A stretch of 64,000 nucleotides of DNA from Thermoplasmata archaeon (GTDB lineage: Archaea > Thermoplasmatota > Thermoplasmata > Lutacidiplasmatales > UBA184): positions 341,042-405,041 of the forward strand of contig JAKIWL010000002.1 in the NCBI GenBank assembly GCA_022750055.1, in the 5' to 3' direction. The translations under genes and the position numbers were made by a program. How positions within the stretch are numbered: the first letter of the stretch is position 1; the number at the start of each line of letters is the position of its first letter. Shown here in pieces: positions 46,374 through 55,684 of this stretch. The notes below the pieces were generated by a model. It did not search any database, was not told the origin of the DNA, and saw only the letters and a program-made list of their open reading frames with translations.

Positions 46374-47786
46374 GTGGCACCGTCCATTTCCGAGGTCGTA
46401 CCGCTCGACTACACTCGCTACGACTTCAAGGACCCGGAGACGTACAAGTTCCGTACGCTTCGGGGCCTGAGCCGGCCCATTGTCGAGCAGATCTCGAAAC
46501 TGAAGAACGAACCGGCGTGGATGCTCGAGTACCGACTCCGGGCCTACGAGCACTTCCTAGAGCGGCCGATGCCCGACTGGGGCCCATCCCTCGACGAGAT
46601 CGACTTCGACGCCTACACCTACTACGCGAACCCACTCAACGAAGGCGAGACCAAGCGCAAGTGGGAGGACCTGCCCGCTGACATCCGCAACACCTTCGAG
46701 AAGCTCGGGATCCCCAAGGCTGAGCGGGACTATTTCGGGGGCGTGGGCGCCCAGTACGATAGCGGGACCGTCTACCACAAGATCCGCGAGGACCTGGAGA
46801 AGAAGGGCGTGATCTTCACCGATACCGACACGGCGGTACAGAAGTACCCCGAGCTGGTCGAAAAGTACTTCGGGAAGATCATTCCGTACAACGACAACAA
46901 GTTCTCTGCGCTGAACAGCGCGGTCTGGTCGGGGGGGAGCTTCGTCTACGTTCCCCCGGGGGTCGACGCCGGGGTTCCGCTCCAGGCGTACTTCCGGATC
47001 AATGCGAAGAACGTTGGTCAATTCGAGCGGACGCTCATCATCGCCGACAAGGGTTCGAAGGTCCACTATGTAGAAGGGTGCACCGCACCGATCTACTCCA
47101 CGAACTCCTTGCACGCGGCCGTCGTTGAGGTCGTGGCGGAGCCGTACGCAAAGGTTCGCTACACGACCGTCCAGAACTGGTCGAAGAACGTCTACAACCT
47201 CGTCACCAAGCGCGCCGTCGCGTACGAGAACGCGCTCGTGGAGTGGGTCGACGGCAACATGGGCAGTCGTGTGACGATGAAGTATCCCTCGGTCTACCTG
47301 AAGGGGCGCGGCGCGCGCGCCGACATCCTGTCGGTCGCCTTCGCATCGGCTGGACAGATCATCGACAGCGGGGCGAAGGCCGTCCACTCGGCGCCCGATA
47401 CGTCGAGCAAGATCGTCGCGAAGTCGATCGCCATCCGGGGGGGCCAGACGAGCTACCGGGGGCTCCTTCACATCGCCAAGGGCGCGACCGGGGTCAAAGC
47501 GGCGGTCCGCTGCGATGCGCTGCTCCCCGACGACCTGAGCCGCTCGGACACCTACCCGTACAACGAGATCCACGAGGAGGACGCCACCGTCACCCACGAA
47601 GCCGTCGTCGGCAAGATCGGCGAGGAGCAGATCTTCTACCTGATGAGCCGCGGGCTCAACGAATCCGACGCGATCCACCTGATCCTCATGGGGTTCCTCG
47701 CGGAGTTCGCGAAGGAGCTCCCAGTCGACTACGCGCTCGAGCTCAATCGATTGATCCAGCTCGAGATGACCGGCGCCGTCGGATAG
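46374..47786 (+). CDS. sufB: Fe-S cluster assembly protein SufB
   Basis: Full-length SufB signature blocks (NSAVWSGGSFVYVPPGV...HYVEGCTAPIY...VQNWSKNVYNLVTKRA...). GTG start at 46374 with TATA-like CATTTAAATA at 46334-46343, about 30 nt upstream. Confidence 0.9.
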   Translation: MAPSISEVVPLDYTRYDFKDPETYKFRTLRGLSRPIVEQISKLKNEPAWMLEYRLRAYEHFLERPMPDWGPSLDEIDFDAYTYYANPLNEGETKRKWEDLPADIRNTFEKLGIPKAERDYFGGVGAQYDSGTVYHKIREDLEKKGVIFTDTDTAVQKYPELVEKYFGKIIPYNDNKFSALNSAVWSGGSFVYVPPGVDAGVPLQAYFRINAKNVGQFERTLIIADKGSKVHYVEGCTAPIYSTNSLHAAVVEVVAEPYAKVRYTTVQNWSKNVYNLVTKRAVAYENALVEWVDGNMGSRVTMKYPSVYLKGRGARADILSVAFASAGQIIDSGAKAVHSAPDTSSKIVAKSIAIRGGQTSYRGLLHIAKGATGVKAAVRCDALLPDDLSRSDTYPYNEIHEEDATVTHEAVVGKIGEEQIFYLMSRGLNESDAIHLILMGFLAEFAKELPVDYALELNRLIQLEMTGAVG

Positions 47787-47815
47787 GCAGCGGACGGGCC
47801 GCCGATCGAGGCCGG

Positions 47816-48136
47816 TCAGGGACTGGGTCTGGGGACCATCGGAACGTTCGAGTGAGACTTCAGTAGGTCGACGCCAGCGAGGATCGCGTCGTACTGAACG
47901 TTCGCCACCTCGACGAGCCGGGAGAGCTCTGCGGTCGGGGCAGCGAGGGCGCTCTCGCTGAGCGCCCCGACGTCCGTCAGAAGGTCCCGCGCGGTCCGGA
48001 GGCTCATCGGATCGCGCCAGACCGGCTCCGTCTCCCGAATCCGACGGAGGATCTCGATCAAACCCTCCCGCTGGGAACGGATCAACTCGACCAAGCGGTC
48101 CCGGTCCCAACCCGATGCGTCGGCGACGAGGGGCAT
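47816..48136 (-). CDS. Hypothetical small helical protein downstream of sufD
   Basis: 106-aa ORF co-oriented with sufD, 16 nt after its stop; no family recognised. Confidence 0.35.
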   Translation of the reverse strand: MPLVADASGWDRDRLVELIRSQREGLIEILRRIRETEPVWRDPMSLRTARDLLTDVGALSESALAAPTAELSRLVEVANVQYDAILAGVDLLKSHSNVPMVPRPSP

Positions 48137-48152
48137 CTCCGAGCTCCTCGGG

Positions 48153-49547
48153 TCAGCGAAGCTTCGCGTCGAAGCGCCAGTCGGGCTCCGTTTCCGAACC
48201 GGTCAGCTCGATCAACGGCAGGATGGGGTAGGCGCCGTCCCGCCACTCGATCGGGCGGCCTTCCCACCGGGCCGACAGGAACGGGTACGCGAGCTCCCGG
48301 AGTCCTCCGATCGGGGAGCGTTCGAGGACGTGCGATAGGAACCCCTCGGCGATCATCCTGATCGCCTCGCTCTCGGCGATCCCCCGGGATTCCAGGTAGA
48401 ACACCCGCTCTGGGTCGACGGGCGCCACGGAGGAGGAGTGGGTGGCCTTGACATCCCGGCAGAGGATCTCCAGGATCGGGATCGTGTCCGAGCGGGCCCC
48501 GCGGGACAGGAGCATCGCGTGCTCCGAAAGAAAGCTCAGGGTCTTGCGGGCATCCTTCTCGATGCGCACGAGGCCCCGGCTCATCCCCCTCGACTGGTCA
48601 CGGAACACCCCCCGGCTGATGGATTGGCCGTGGGTGTCGGTGCCCACGTGCGTCATGTCGACGGAGGAATCGTAGGCCTGGTCCCCGGCGCCGAAGAACG
48701 TCTGCAGGTCGGTCAGGTTCGACCCGTTCCCCGATAGGAACGACCGATTGCGTAGCTTGGTCCGAAATCCTCCGAACCCAGCCCAGACCCACGCCATTCG
48801 GGACATCGAGCCGATCTCCGCCCTGCGCTGGAACACCGACACCGCCTGAAGGTCCGGGGCGTGGACCGTCACCATCGCGACGCGGGCCTCCTCGGCCACC
48901 TCGAGGTCGAACGTCGACGCATAGAGCCGCTGTCGACTTCCGGACGCCTCCGGGGTCGAATACACCTCCTCGCTCACGAGCGCGTGACCGAGCCGCCCCA
49001 CCCGGATCTCCCGGCGGACCGAGAGCGCTTCGCGAGGCTGGGAAAGGACCGTGATGTCCTGGATACGAACCGGCATCGCAAATCGATCCGGCACCTCGAG
49101 CCGATACCCGCGGTTCTGGGTCGCCATGGCAAGGGCGGAGAGCCGATCCTTCGGAAGTTCGGACTCGGAGGAAGGACCCCAGTCCCGGTGGGAGCCCGCA
49201 CCGACAGATTCCAAAAGAGTGGTGGCACGGATCCCGGCCTCCCGCAGGTTGGGTGGGACCTCCAAACGGGTCCCGCTCGCGTCGTGCACCACCCGGATGG
49301 ACCCCGGGATCGGCGGCGGGGCGCTGACGGGGGGACCCGGGCTGATGGCGTCGAGTCCGGAGAGCTGTACGCCGGCGAAGTATCCGTACTTCCGATAGAG
49401 CGGATTCGGCTCGAGCGGGAGTTCCTGGAACGCCTTGAGGGCCCGAAGGCGCAGGGCCGACATCGACGGCGAGTCACCCAAGCTCTCCGATAGGGACTGG
49501 ACCGAGTCCGACGTGATCCAGTCTAGGTGCTGGGCCGCCGTTGCCAT
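48153..49547 (-). CDS. sufD: Fe-S cluster assembly protein SufD
   Basis: SufBD-fold C-terminal region (LSEHAMLLSRGARSDTIPILEI..DVKATHSSSV) with a shorter SufD-like N-terminus. TATA-like at 49569-49578, about 25 nt upstream on the minus strand. Confidence 0.8.
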   Translation of the reverse strand: MATAAQHLDWITSDSVQSLSESLGDSPSMSALRLRALKAFQELPLEPNPLYRKYGYFAGVQLSGLDAISPGPPVSAPPPIPGSIRVVHDASGTRLEVPPNLREAGIRATTLLESVGAGSHRDWGPSSESELPKDRLSALAMATQNRGYRLEVPDRFAMPVRIQDITVLSQPREALSVRREIRVGRLGHALVSEEVYSTPEASGSRQRLYASTFDLEVAEEARVAMVTVHAPDLQAVSVFQRRAEIGSMSRMAWVWAGFGGFRTKLRNRSFLSGNGSNLTDLQTFFGAGDQAYDSSVDMTHVGTDTHGQSISRGVFRDQSRGMSRGLVRIEKDARKTLSFLSEHAMLLSRGARSDTIPILEILCRDVKATHSSSVAPVDPERVFYLESRGIAESEAIRMIAEGFLSHVLERSPIGGLRELAYPFLSARWEGRPIEWRDGAYPILPLIELTGSETEPDWRFDAKLR

Positions 49548-49833
49548 CGGGGTCGCTCACCAACCTCGCCATATTAGCTGTTGCCGGAACGCACCCGTCA
49601 CGGCCGCACCGTCGGGCTGTCCAAGCCGCCCACCGCGAAGGCGTGACGGATGGGGCCGAGCGTCTCCGCGAGCGGCGTTCCCTGTGTGGGGATCGAGGAG
49701 GATCGAGCGCGCCATCAGGTCGACTGCGTCCCCCGAAGGTGGAACTCGGGGTGGCGGGCCGCGCGCTCCTTATAAGCGAGGAACCGCTCTTCCGGGTCGC
49801 CCGAACGGGACGAGGTTCACCGTGGCCTACGAC

Positions 49834-50250
49834 ATGTATCAGGAGATCATCCTCCAGCACTACAAGGCCCCCAAGAATTTCGGTCCCATGGACGAGCCGG
49901 ACCTCTCCGGAGAGGAGAGCAATCCAAACTGCGGCGATCACCTGACGTTCGACCTGAAGCTCGATCCGGAGCACAAGGCGATCGCGTCGATCCGATTCCA
50001 CGGCGACGGCTGCGCGATCAGCATCGCCAGCGCGTCGATGCTGACGCAAAAGCTCGCCGGGAAAACGCTCGAGGAAGCTCGCGCGATCACGCAGGACGAC
50101 GTCCTGACGATGGTCGGCATCCCGTTGTCGCCGGTCCGCATCAAGTGCGCGTTGACCGGATACGCCGCGTTCGGCCGCGCCCTCCACTCCGGTTCGGCGG
50201 GCACCGACACGTCCGCGCCGTCCCTGACCGGGGGGACAACGTCGACGTGA
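49834..50250 (+). CDS. sufU: SufU/NifU-like Fe-S scaffold / zinc-dependent sulfurtransferase
   Basis: MYQEIILQHYKAPKNFG...NPNCGDHLTF...FHGDGCAISIASASM; conserved Cys triad of the SufU/IscU N-terminal domain. Confidence 0.75.
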   Translation: MYQEIILQHYKAPKNFGPMDEPDLSGEESNPNCGDHLTFDLKLDPEHKAIASIRFHGDGCAISIASASMLTQKLAGKTLEEARAITQDDVLTMVGIPLSPVRIKCALTGYAAFGRALHSGSAGTDTSAPSLTGGTTST

Positions 50251-50435
50251 TCGACGTCGATGCGGACACCTGCGTTCTCTGCGGGCTCTGCACGGGTGTC
50301 TGCCCTCCGAACGCGCTCGACCTGACCCCGACCCGCCTCGAGGTCCTGCCGCACTGCTCCGAGTGCGGCTATTGCATTCCGTACTGTCCCGTAGGGGCGA
50401 TCTCGGGGGGGCGGGCCCGTGGTCGCCGAGGATAG
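50247..50435 (+). CDS. Small 2x[4Fe-4S] ferredoxin
   Basis: CVLCGLCTGVCP and CSECGYCIPYCP motifs; the GTG start overlaps the sufU stop (GTGA). Confidence 0.55.
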   Translation: MIDVDADTCVLCGLCTGVCPPNALDLTPTRLEVLPHCSECGYCIPYCPVGAISGGRARGRRG

Positions 50436-51945
50436 GCGATCCCGGGCCAGCGCGACCCCTCCCCCCTCGTCGACCGCCGACGTCCCGAGGGTGCTCCTCG
50501 TCGACCCGTACGTGGCGCGGGACGACCCGATGGAACGGAAGTTCGTCGAGCTCTACCCCTCCCTCGGGATCCTCTCCCTCGCCGCGTACCTGAGGGAGGC
50601 GGGCCAGCGGGTCGAGGTCGTCGACCTCACCTTCGAGCGCGGGGTTCGACCCGTCGAACGCCGCGTTCGATCGTTCCGCCCCCACGTCGTCGGCGTGCAC
50701 ACGAAGTCGCTGACCCACGAGCGCTCCATCGAGATCGCGGGTCTGGTGAGAGAGCAGGGCGCCGTGCCGATCGCGGGAGGTCCGGACGCGGCGACGCGGC
50801 CGGAGGTCTACCTCGACGGGGGATTCGAGGCCGTCGCCAACGGGGAAGGGGAGGCGACCCTGGTCGACGTGGCCGAGCGGGTGGTCCAAGGACGGCCCCT
50901 CGCCGGAACCGCGGGCCTGATCGTTGGACCACCGGGATCTCGGTCCGTCGGCCCTCCGCGACCGTTCCTCCGACCCCTCGATCGCCTTCCCATGCCGGCC
51001 TGGGACCTCATCGACATGGAGGGGTACCTCGGCCGTTGGCAACGACGGACCGGCGAGAGGAGGATGGCCGTGCTCACGTCGCGCGGGTGTCCATTCGACT
51101 GCTCCTGGTGTTCGAAACCCACGTTCGGGCGGTCGTTCCGGCAGCTCAGCCCCGAGCGCGTCCTCCGGGAGCTACTGCTCCTAAAGCAACGCTACCGCGT
51201 TGACTACGTCCGATTCTGCGACGACGTCTTCGGAATCCAGCGCGCGTGGCTCGAGATGTTATTGGACGGGATGGAGGCGGCTCGGCTTGACGTCGGGTTC
51301 GAATGCCTCGCCCGGGTCGACCTGCTGAAACCGGACCTACTGAAGCGGATGCGCTCGCTCGGGCTAGCTCGGGTCTACGTCGGCGTCGAGTCCGGTAGCC
51401 AGAAGATGCTCGACCTGATGAATCGCGGCACGCGACTCGCTCAGGTGGAGCGGGCGGCCCAAAGCCTGCGGGACAACGGGATCCGACAGTTCTGGTTCCT
51501 GATGCTCGGATACCCGGGGGAGACCGTTGAGGACATCGACGCAACCCTGCGCCTCTTCCGCAAGTTCAGCCCCGAGGAGTACTCGGTCTCGATCGCCGTG
51601 CCGGTCCCCGGGACCCGTTTCTACGATTCGGTCCGGGAATACCTGAAGGTGGGTGGCCGACCGCGTCGGGCCAATCAGGGCGGCAAGTCCCTCCTGTACG
51701 AGGGGAGCTATCCGGAGTCGCTCTACCACTGGGCGCAGGCTCGATTCGAATGGGAGGCCGCCCTTTCGAAAGTGCGGGGAAAGATCGCCCCTCGGATCCT
51801 CTCGGGACTCTCCGACGCGGCCGATCGCCTCGACCGAACCCTGGTCGGACCGATCCTCCTCGGACCCCGCTCCCCACCGGCCCGGGCGACTCGCTCGATC
51901 CGTCCCGCCTCGGGCCCCACCGACCGGCCCTCCACGGGGGCGTAG
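50419..51945 (+). CDS. B12-binding-domain radical SAM protein (class B)
   Basis: N-terminal cobalamin-binding Rossmann-like region (GILSLAAYLREAGQRVEVVD...VGVHTKS), then SRGCPFDCSWCS (CxxxCxxC radical SAM motif). Confidence 0.8.
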   Translation: MVAEDRRSRASATPPPSSTADVPRVLLVDPYVARDDPMERKFVELYPSLGILSLAAYLREAGQRVEVVDLTFERGVRPVERRVRSFRPHVVGVHTKSLTHERSIEIAGLVREQGAVPIAGGPDAATRPEVYLDGGFEAVANGEGEATLVDVAERVVQGRPLAGTAGLIVGPPGSRSVGPPRPFLRPLDRLPMPAWDLIDMEGYLGRWQRRTGERRMAVLTSRGCPFDCSWCSKPTFGRSFRQLSPERVLRELLLLKQRYRVDYVRFCDDVFGIQRAWLEMLLDGMEAARLDVGFECLARVDLLKPDLLKRMRSLGLARVYVGVESGSQKMLDLMNRGTRLAQVERAAQSLRDNGIRQFWFLMLGYPGETVEDIDATLRLFRKFSPEEYSVSIAVPVPGTRFYDSVREYLKVGGRPRRANQGGKSLLYEGSYPESLYHWAQARFEWEAALSKVRGKIAPRILSGLSDAADRLDRTLVGPILLGPRSPPARATRSIRPASGPTDRPSTGA

Positions 51946-51955
51946 CGACCGGCCG

Positions 51956-54271
51956 CTATGGCTTGCGTCTCGCCGACCGCTCCGGCGGCGGGATGTAGAG
52001 GCTACCCCCCAGCGCCGGCACCTCGTGGGGCTCGGGAACCGGGACCGTCGTCGTGGGCCTGGGGTGGGCAGCGCGGCGTCGCCGGCGGACCAGGAGCAGG
52101 ATCAAGAGGCCCACTAGAACGCCCGCGGCGATGGCCCCACCCAGCAGGAACTCGTTCAGGTACGAAGTCGCGGGGTTCGTGTTCCGCGACGGGGGGGCCG
52201 CCGACACGGTGAGGGAGGCGTCCTTTCGCATCGACTGGCCGCTATGGTCCGTCACCGTGACCGAGAACGGATAGGACCCCGCTTGCGTGAGGGTGCAGGC
52301 ACTAACGTTGGAACTGCGATTGACGCAGCCGTTCGGGAGACCCGAGAAGGCGTAGGTATACGGGCCGATCCCTCCATACCCCGTCACGGCGATCACCGAG
52401 GTGTTGCCGACCTGGAGATTGACGGGGGAGATCGCGAGATTGACCCCAAGGAGGGCGATCGCGCTCACCGCGATCGACGAGTGCGAGGAATACCCGAGCG
52501 AATCGTTGGCCCACACGGTGGCCGTAAAGTTCCCGGCCGAGAGGTAGATGTGGTAGGGGTTGGGGCCGATCCCGACGCCCTGGTCTCCGAACCGCCACTG
52601 GTACGAGATCGGGCCGGTCCCCCCCGAGGCCGTCGCTAGGAACGAGGCCTGCAAGGGCACGATGCCGGCCATCGGGCTCGCCGAGAGCGTCACGGCGGGG
52701 TCCGCGTTGAAGTGGACTAGGGCGGCCGGCGCGTACACCGATTGGCCGATCTGGTCCGTGACGATGGCGCGAATGTTCGGGAGGTACGGACCCGGCGGGC
52801 TCGGCTGGCAGGAGAGCGTCGAGAAATTCTGGGACGCACAACCGGTGGGAAGATTGATCCAGCGATAGCTCTCGTAGCCGGCCCCGCCGGTCACATTCAC
52901 GTGCAACGTGACCGACTGACCTATGTCGACCGTGGTTGGGGTGGCCTCCACCTGATCCACCTGAACCGTGTACAGGTACCACGTGTCGTTCGAGGGCGCC
53001 CCCCGAGCGTCGCCGCCGAACATTCCGAGCGCACCCAGCGGGCCGAGGTCGAAGAGCGCGGCGTGATCCCGGCCGACCGGGGCGGGCCGAAGCGCAGGGA
53101 ATAGCCGGTACCAGTTCCCGTTCGAGTAGGTCCACGTTTGGTTGAGCGAGCCCGTGGAACACGGGTTCGAGGCACAACCTCCGTAGATGATCGGGGAGCC
53201 GTTAAGGGGGTTTGTCGCGGCCGCCGCCCCGCCCATTTGGGGTGGCGAGGTGGTCGGGCTCTGCATCGTCCAATTTCCGCTGGAGAACGACCATGTGCGC
53301 CCCGTCGCGGCACTCGTGGGAACCCCGCCGACCATGATGATCGACTGGGATTGCCCATCCCATGCCATCGCGGGCGAGGACCGCATGACGGGGGTCGCAC
53401 CCGAAGCGTGCGCCGTCCAATTCGTCCCGTCAAAGGTCCACGTGTCCGACAGGCCAACGGTCGTCCCGGAGAACGTCGTCAGCCCGCCGAAGACGACCGT
53501 CTCCTGAGCCGCGGGGTCGTAGGCGAACCCGCTGTCCCATCGTGCGGGAGGGGCATCCGTTCCCGCCGTGCAGCTTTGGCAGACCTGGGTCCAAGTGTCA
53601 TTGGACGGAGCGAAGGTCCAGGTGTCCCCGAGGGCAGGGTTGTTCAAGCCGCTCGGGGTGGCGCCCGCGCCGCCGAACAGGACGAACCGACTGATCGCAG
53701 CGTCGTAGGAGAGGGCGGCTCCGAACCGGACCGAGGGAGAGTTGGTCGCGGTAAGGCTCGCCGGCGTGACATTCCTCCAGACGCCTCCGGAAAGGACCCA
53801 GGTATCCTGCGATGTGCAGGATGAGGCGAGCGGGCATGGGGGTGTGGTGTTCTGGTACCCGCCGAAGATGACCGAGAGGCCCGTCGAGGGGTCCGAAGCA
53901 TAGCCCGAATCGACTCGAGGCGGCGGGCCGTTAGTAGGGCCGGGGAACCACTTGGGTGGAGAGGCATTCGTCAGGGCTGGAGCGGCCGGAATCGCGGCGG
54001 GGGCCCAAGCCGGCCGATCCGAGGCGGAAGGGAGGTCCGCATGGTGGGCCAAGGGGAGGGATGCTCCCTCGTTTGCTCGGGCGTTCGGCCCCAGTCCGAT
54101 CGATGGGGAAGCGAGGAGAAGGCCGGCCAGGAAAAAGACGGCGCAATGAGCTCTGCCGCGGGCGCGGGGTGGGAATACCAGGCGGGCGGAGGGGGACGAT
54201 AGGATGCCCCGTCGAAGTGCGGTCCGCACACTAATTGAACCACCTCTACCGCTACAAACCCTTGTCGGCAA
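51956..54271 (-). CDS. Secreted surface protein with a kelch/galactose-oxidase-type beta-propeller, PKD-like domains and a C-terminal TM anchor
   Basis: Repeated GG..xxxxxxDTWxF blades, then PKD-like segments (ISYQWRFGDQG...ATVWANDSLGYSS). C-terminal GGAIAAGVLVGLLILLLVRRRRRAAH. Many N-x-S/T sequons. Start uncertain (tool TTG at 54271; in-frame GTG at 54229). Confidence 0.7.
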   Translation of the reverse strand: MPTRVCSGRGGSISVRTALRRGILSSPSARLVFPPRARGRAHCAVFFLAGLLLASPSIGLGPNARANEGASLPLAHHADLPSASDRPAWAPAAIPAAPALTNASPPKWFPGPTNGPPPRVDSGYASDPSTGLSVIFGGYQNTTPPCPLASSCTSQDTWVLSGGVWRNVTPASLTATNSPSVRFGAALSYDAAISRFVLFGGAGATPSGLNNPALGDTWTFAPSNDTWTQVCQSCTAGTDAPPARWDSGFAYDPAAQETVVFGGLTTFSGTTVGLSDTWTFDGTNWTAHASGATPVMRSSPAMAWDGQSQSIIMVGGVPTSAATGRTWSFSSGNWTMQSPTTSPPQMGGAAAATNPLNGSPIIYGGCASNPCSTGSLNQTWTYSNGNWYRLFPALRPAPVGRDHAALFDLGPLGALGMFGGDARGAPSNDTWYLYTVQVDQVEATPTTVDIGQSVTLHVNVTGGAGYESYRWINLPTGCASQNFSTLSCQPSPPGPYLPNIRAIVTDQIGQSVYAPAALVHFNADPAVTLSASPMAGIVPLQASFLATASGGTGPISYQWRFGDQGVGIGPNPYHIYLSAGNFTATVWANDSLGYSSHSSIAVSAIALLGVNLAISPVNLQVGNTSVIAVTGYGGIGPYTYAFSGLPNGCVNRSSNVSACTLTQAGSYPFSVTVTDHSGQSMRKDASLTVSAAPPSRNTNPATSYLNEFLLGGAIAAGVLVGLLILLLVRRRRRAAHPRPTTTVPVPEPHEVPALGGSLYIPPPERSARRKP

Positions 54272-54580
54272 ACCTTCAGATTCAGGTGTTAGACGTCTTC
54301 GTGTGCACCGGGCAGCGCCGGCCGAGGCGACAGAATCTACAGTGTTCTTTCGTCAGGGGTGGGATCGGCTTGCGGAGGCGGCCGTACTTGCGTCGAGGCG
54401 TTCGCGATCCCCTTTCGCCGAAATGAGCGGCCCCTTTTTCAGTCTTGTCTTCCCGGACTAGGAGGACGATCTGGATTCTGAACCCGGCCTTCCCATCCCA
54501 CGCTGTCGATCCGAGGAAGGCCTGCGTGGGGGTCTGAATCGCGCCGAGATGCTCTTGAGCACGATGACTCTGCCGGGTGC

Positions 54581-55684
54581 ATGGCCCTGATCGGAGGCCG
54601 CGCGAGTGCGGAAGGGACCCGGCGGTTTCGCGATCGCGTTTGCTCCAAGGGGATCGTACCGGAGACGCACTTTCGCTCGACAGCCGCGGGGCTTGAGCTC
54701 TCCTCGATCGGACTTGGGACCTACCTAGGGAATCCCGATCCGTCGACCGACGCGAGCGTGGAGGAGGCCGTTTCGCTCTCCCTTCGATCCGGCCGGGTGA
54801 ACGTGATCGACACGGCATTGAACTACCGGTTCCAGCGCGCCGAGCGGTCGATCGGCCGGTCGGTCCGACGGATGATCGAGCGAGAGGACGTAGCCCGGGA
54901 CGAGGTGTTCTTGGCGAGCAAGAACGGATACTTGGCTCCCGACGCCGAGTCCGCGGTTCCCCTCGACCGGTACGTGGACGTCGAGCTCGTCAGGAAGGGC
55001 CACCTCCGGCCCGCGGACATCGTGGATGGGAGTCACGCGATGAGCGTCGCCTTCCTAACCGACCAGTTTGAGCGCAGCCGGCAGAACCTAGGGGTGGAGA
55101 CCCTCGATCTGCTCTATCTCCACAACGCCTCCGATGCCCAGCTCCCGGTCGTGGGCCGGGTCGAGTTCTTGGTGCGGCTGAGGAAGGCGTTCGAGCTGTA
55201 CGAGTCGTTCCGGGCTTCCGACCACCTCGTCGCCTACGGGATGGCGACCTGGGACAGCCTCCGGTCGAGCCGGTCCGGTCCGTCGTACCTGTCGGTCGAG
55301 GAGGTGGTCCGTCTCGCTCGAGAGGTCGGGGGCTCCGACCACGGGTTTCGGTTCCTCCAGTTCCCGTTCAATCTCGCGATGCCGGAGGCCGCGGTCCTCA
55401 AGAACCAGCCGGTCGACGGGTCTCGCCAGACGTTGTTTGCGGCGGCGGTCGCTTCGAAGCTCGGTTGCTTCACGAGCATCCCCCTGCTCCAGGGCCGGCT
55501 CGCCGAGGACGGACCGACGGTCGATGGGCTGACGAGGGCTCAATCCGCGCTGCAGTTCGCTCGATCGGCGCCCGGCACGATCGCACCCCTGATCGGTCAG
55601 AAGACCGCCGAACACCTGTCCGAGAACCTGAAGGTCGCCGAGCTCCCCCCGTGGGAGGAGTCGCGGTTCCGCTCACTCTTGTAA
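54581..55684 (+). CDS. Aldo/keto reductase
   Basis: LGLGTYLG...VIDTALNYR...ASKNG; AKR catalytic tetrad context. Confidence 0.8.
   Translation: MALIGGRASAEGTRRFRDRVCSKGIVPETHFRSTAAGLELSSIGLGTYLGNPDPSTDASVEEAVSLSLRSGRVNVIDTALNYRFQRAERSIGRSVRRMIEREDVARDEVFLASKNGYLAPDAESAVPLDRYVDVELVRKGHLRPADIVDGSHAMSVAFLTDQFERSRQNLGVETLDLLYLHNASDAQLPVVGRVEFLVRLRKAFELYESFRASDHLVAYGMATWDSLRSSRSGPSYLSVEEVVRLAREVGGSDHGFRFLQFPFNLAMPEAAVLKNQPVDGSRQTLFAAAVASKLGCFTSIPLLQGRLAEDGPTVDGLTRAQSALQFARSAPGTIAPLIGQKTAEHLSENLKVAELPPWEESRFRSLL

Noticed and set aside
54272-54580. A 300-nt non-coding region upstream of the aldo/keto reductase containing imperfect inverted repeats (GGATTCTGAACCC ... GGGTCTGAATCGC)
   Set aside because: No recognisable RNA family motifs; it is most simply the divergent promoter region between the kelch/PKD gene and the reductase. 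Flagged only as a possible small RNA, without support.
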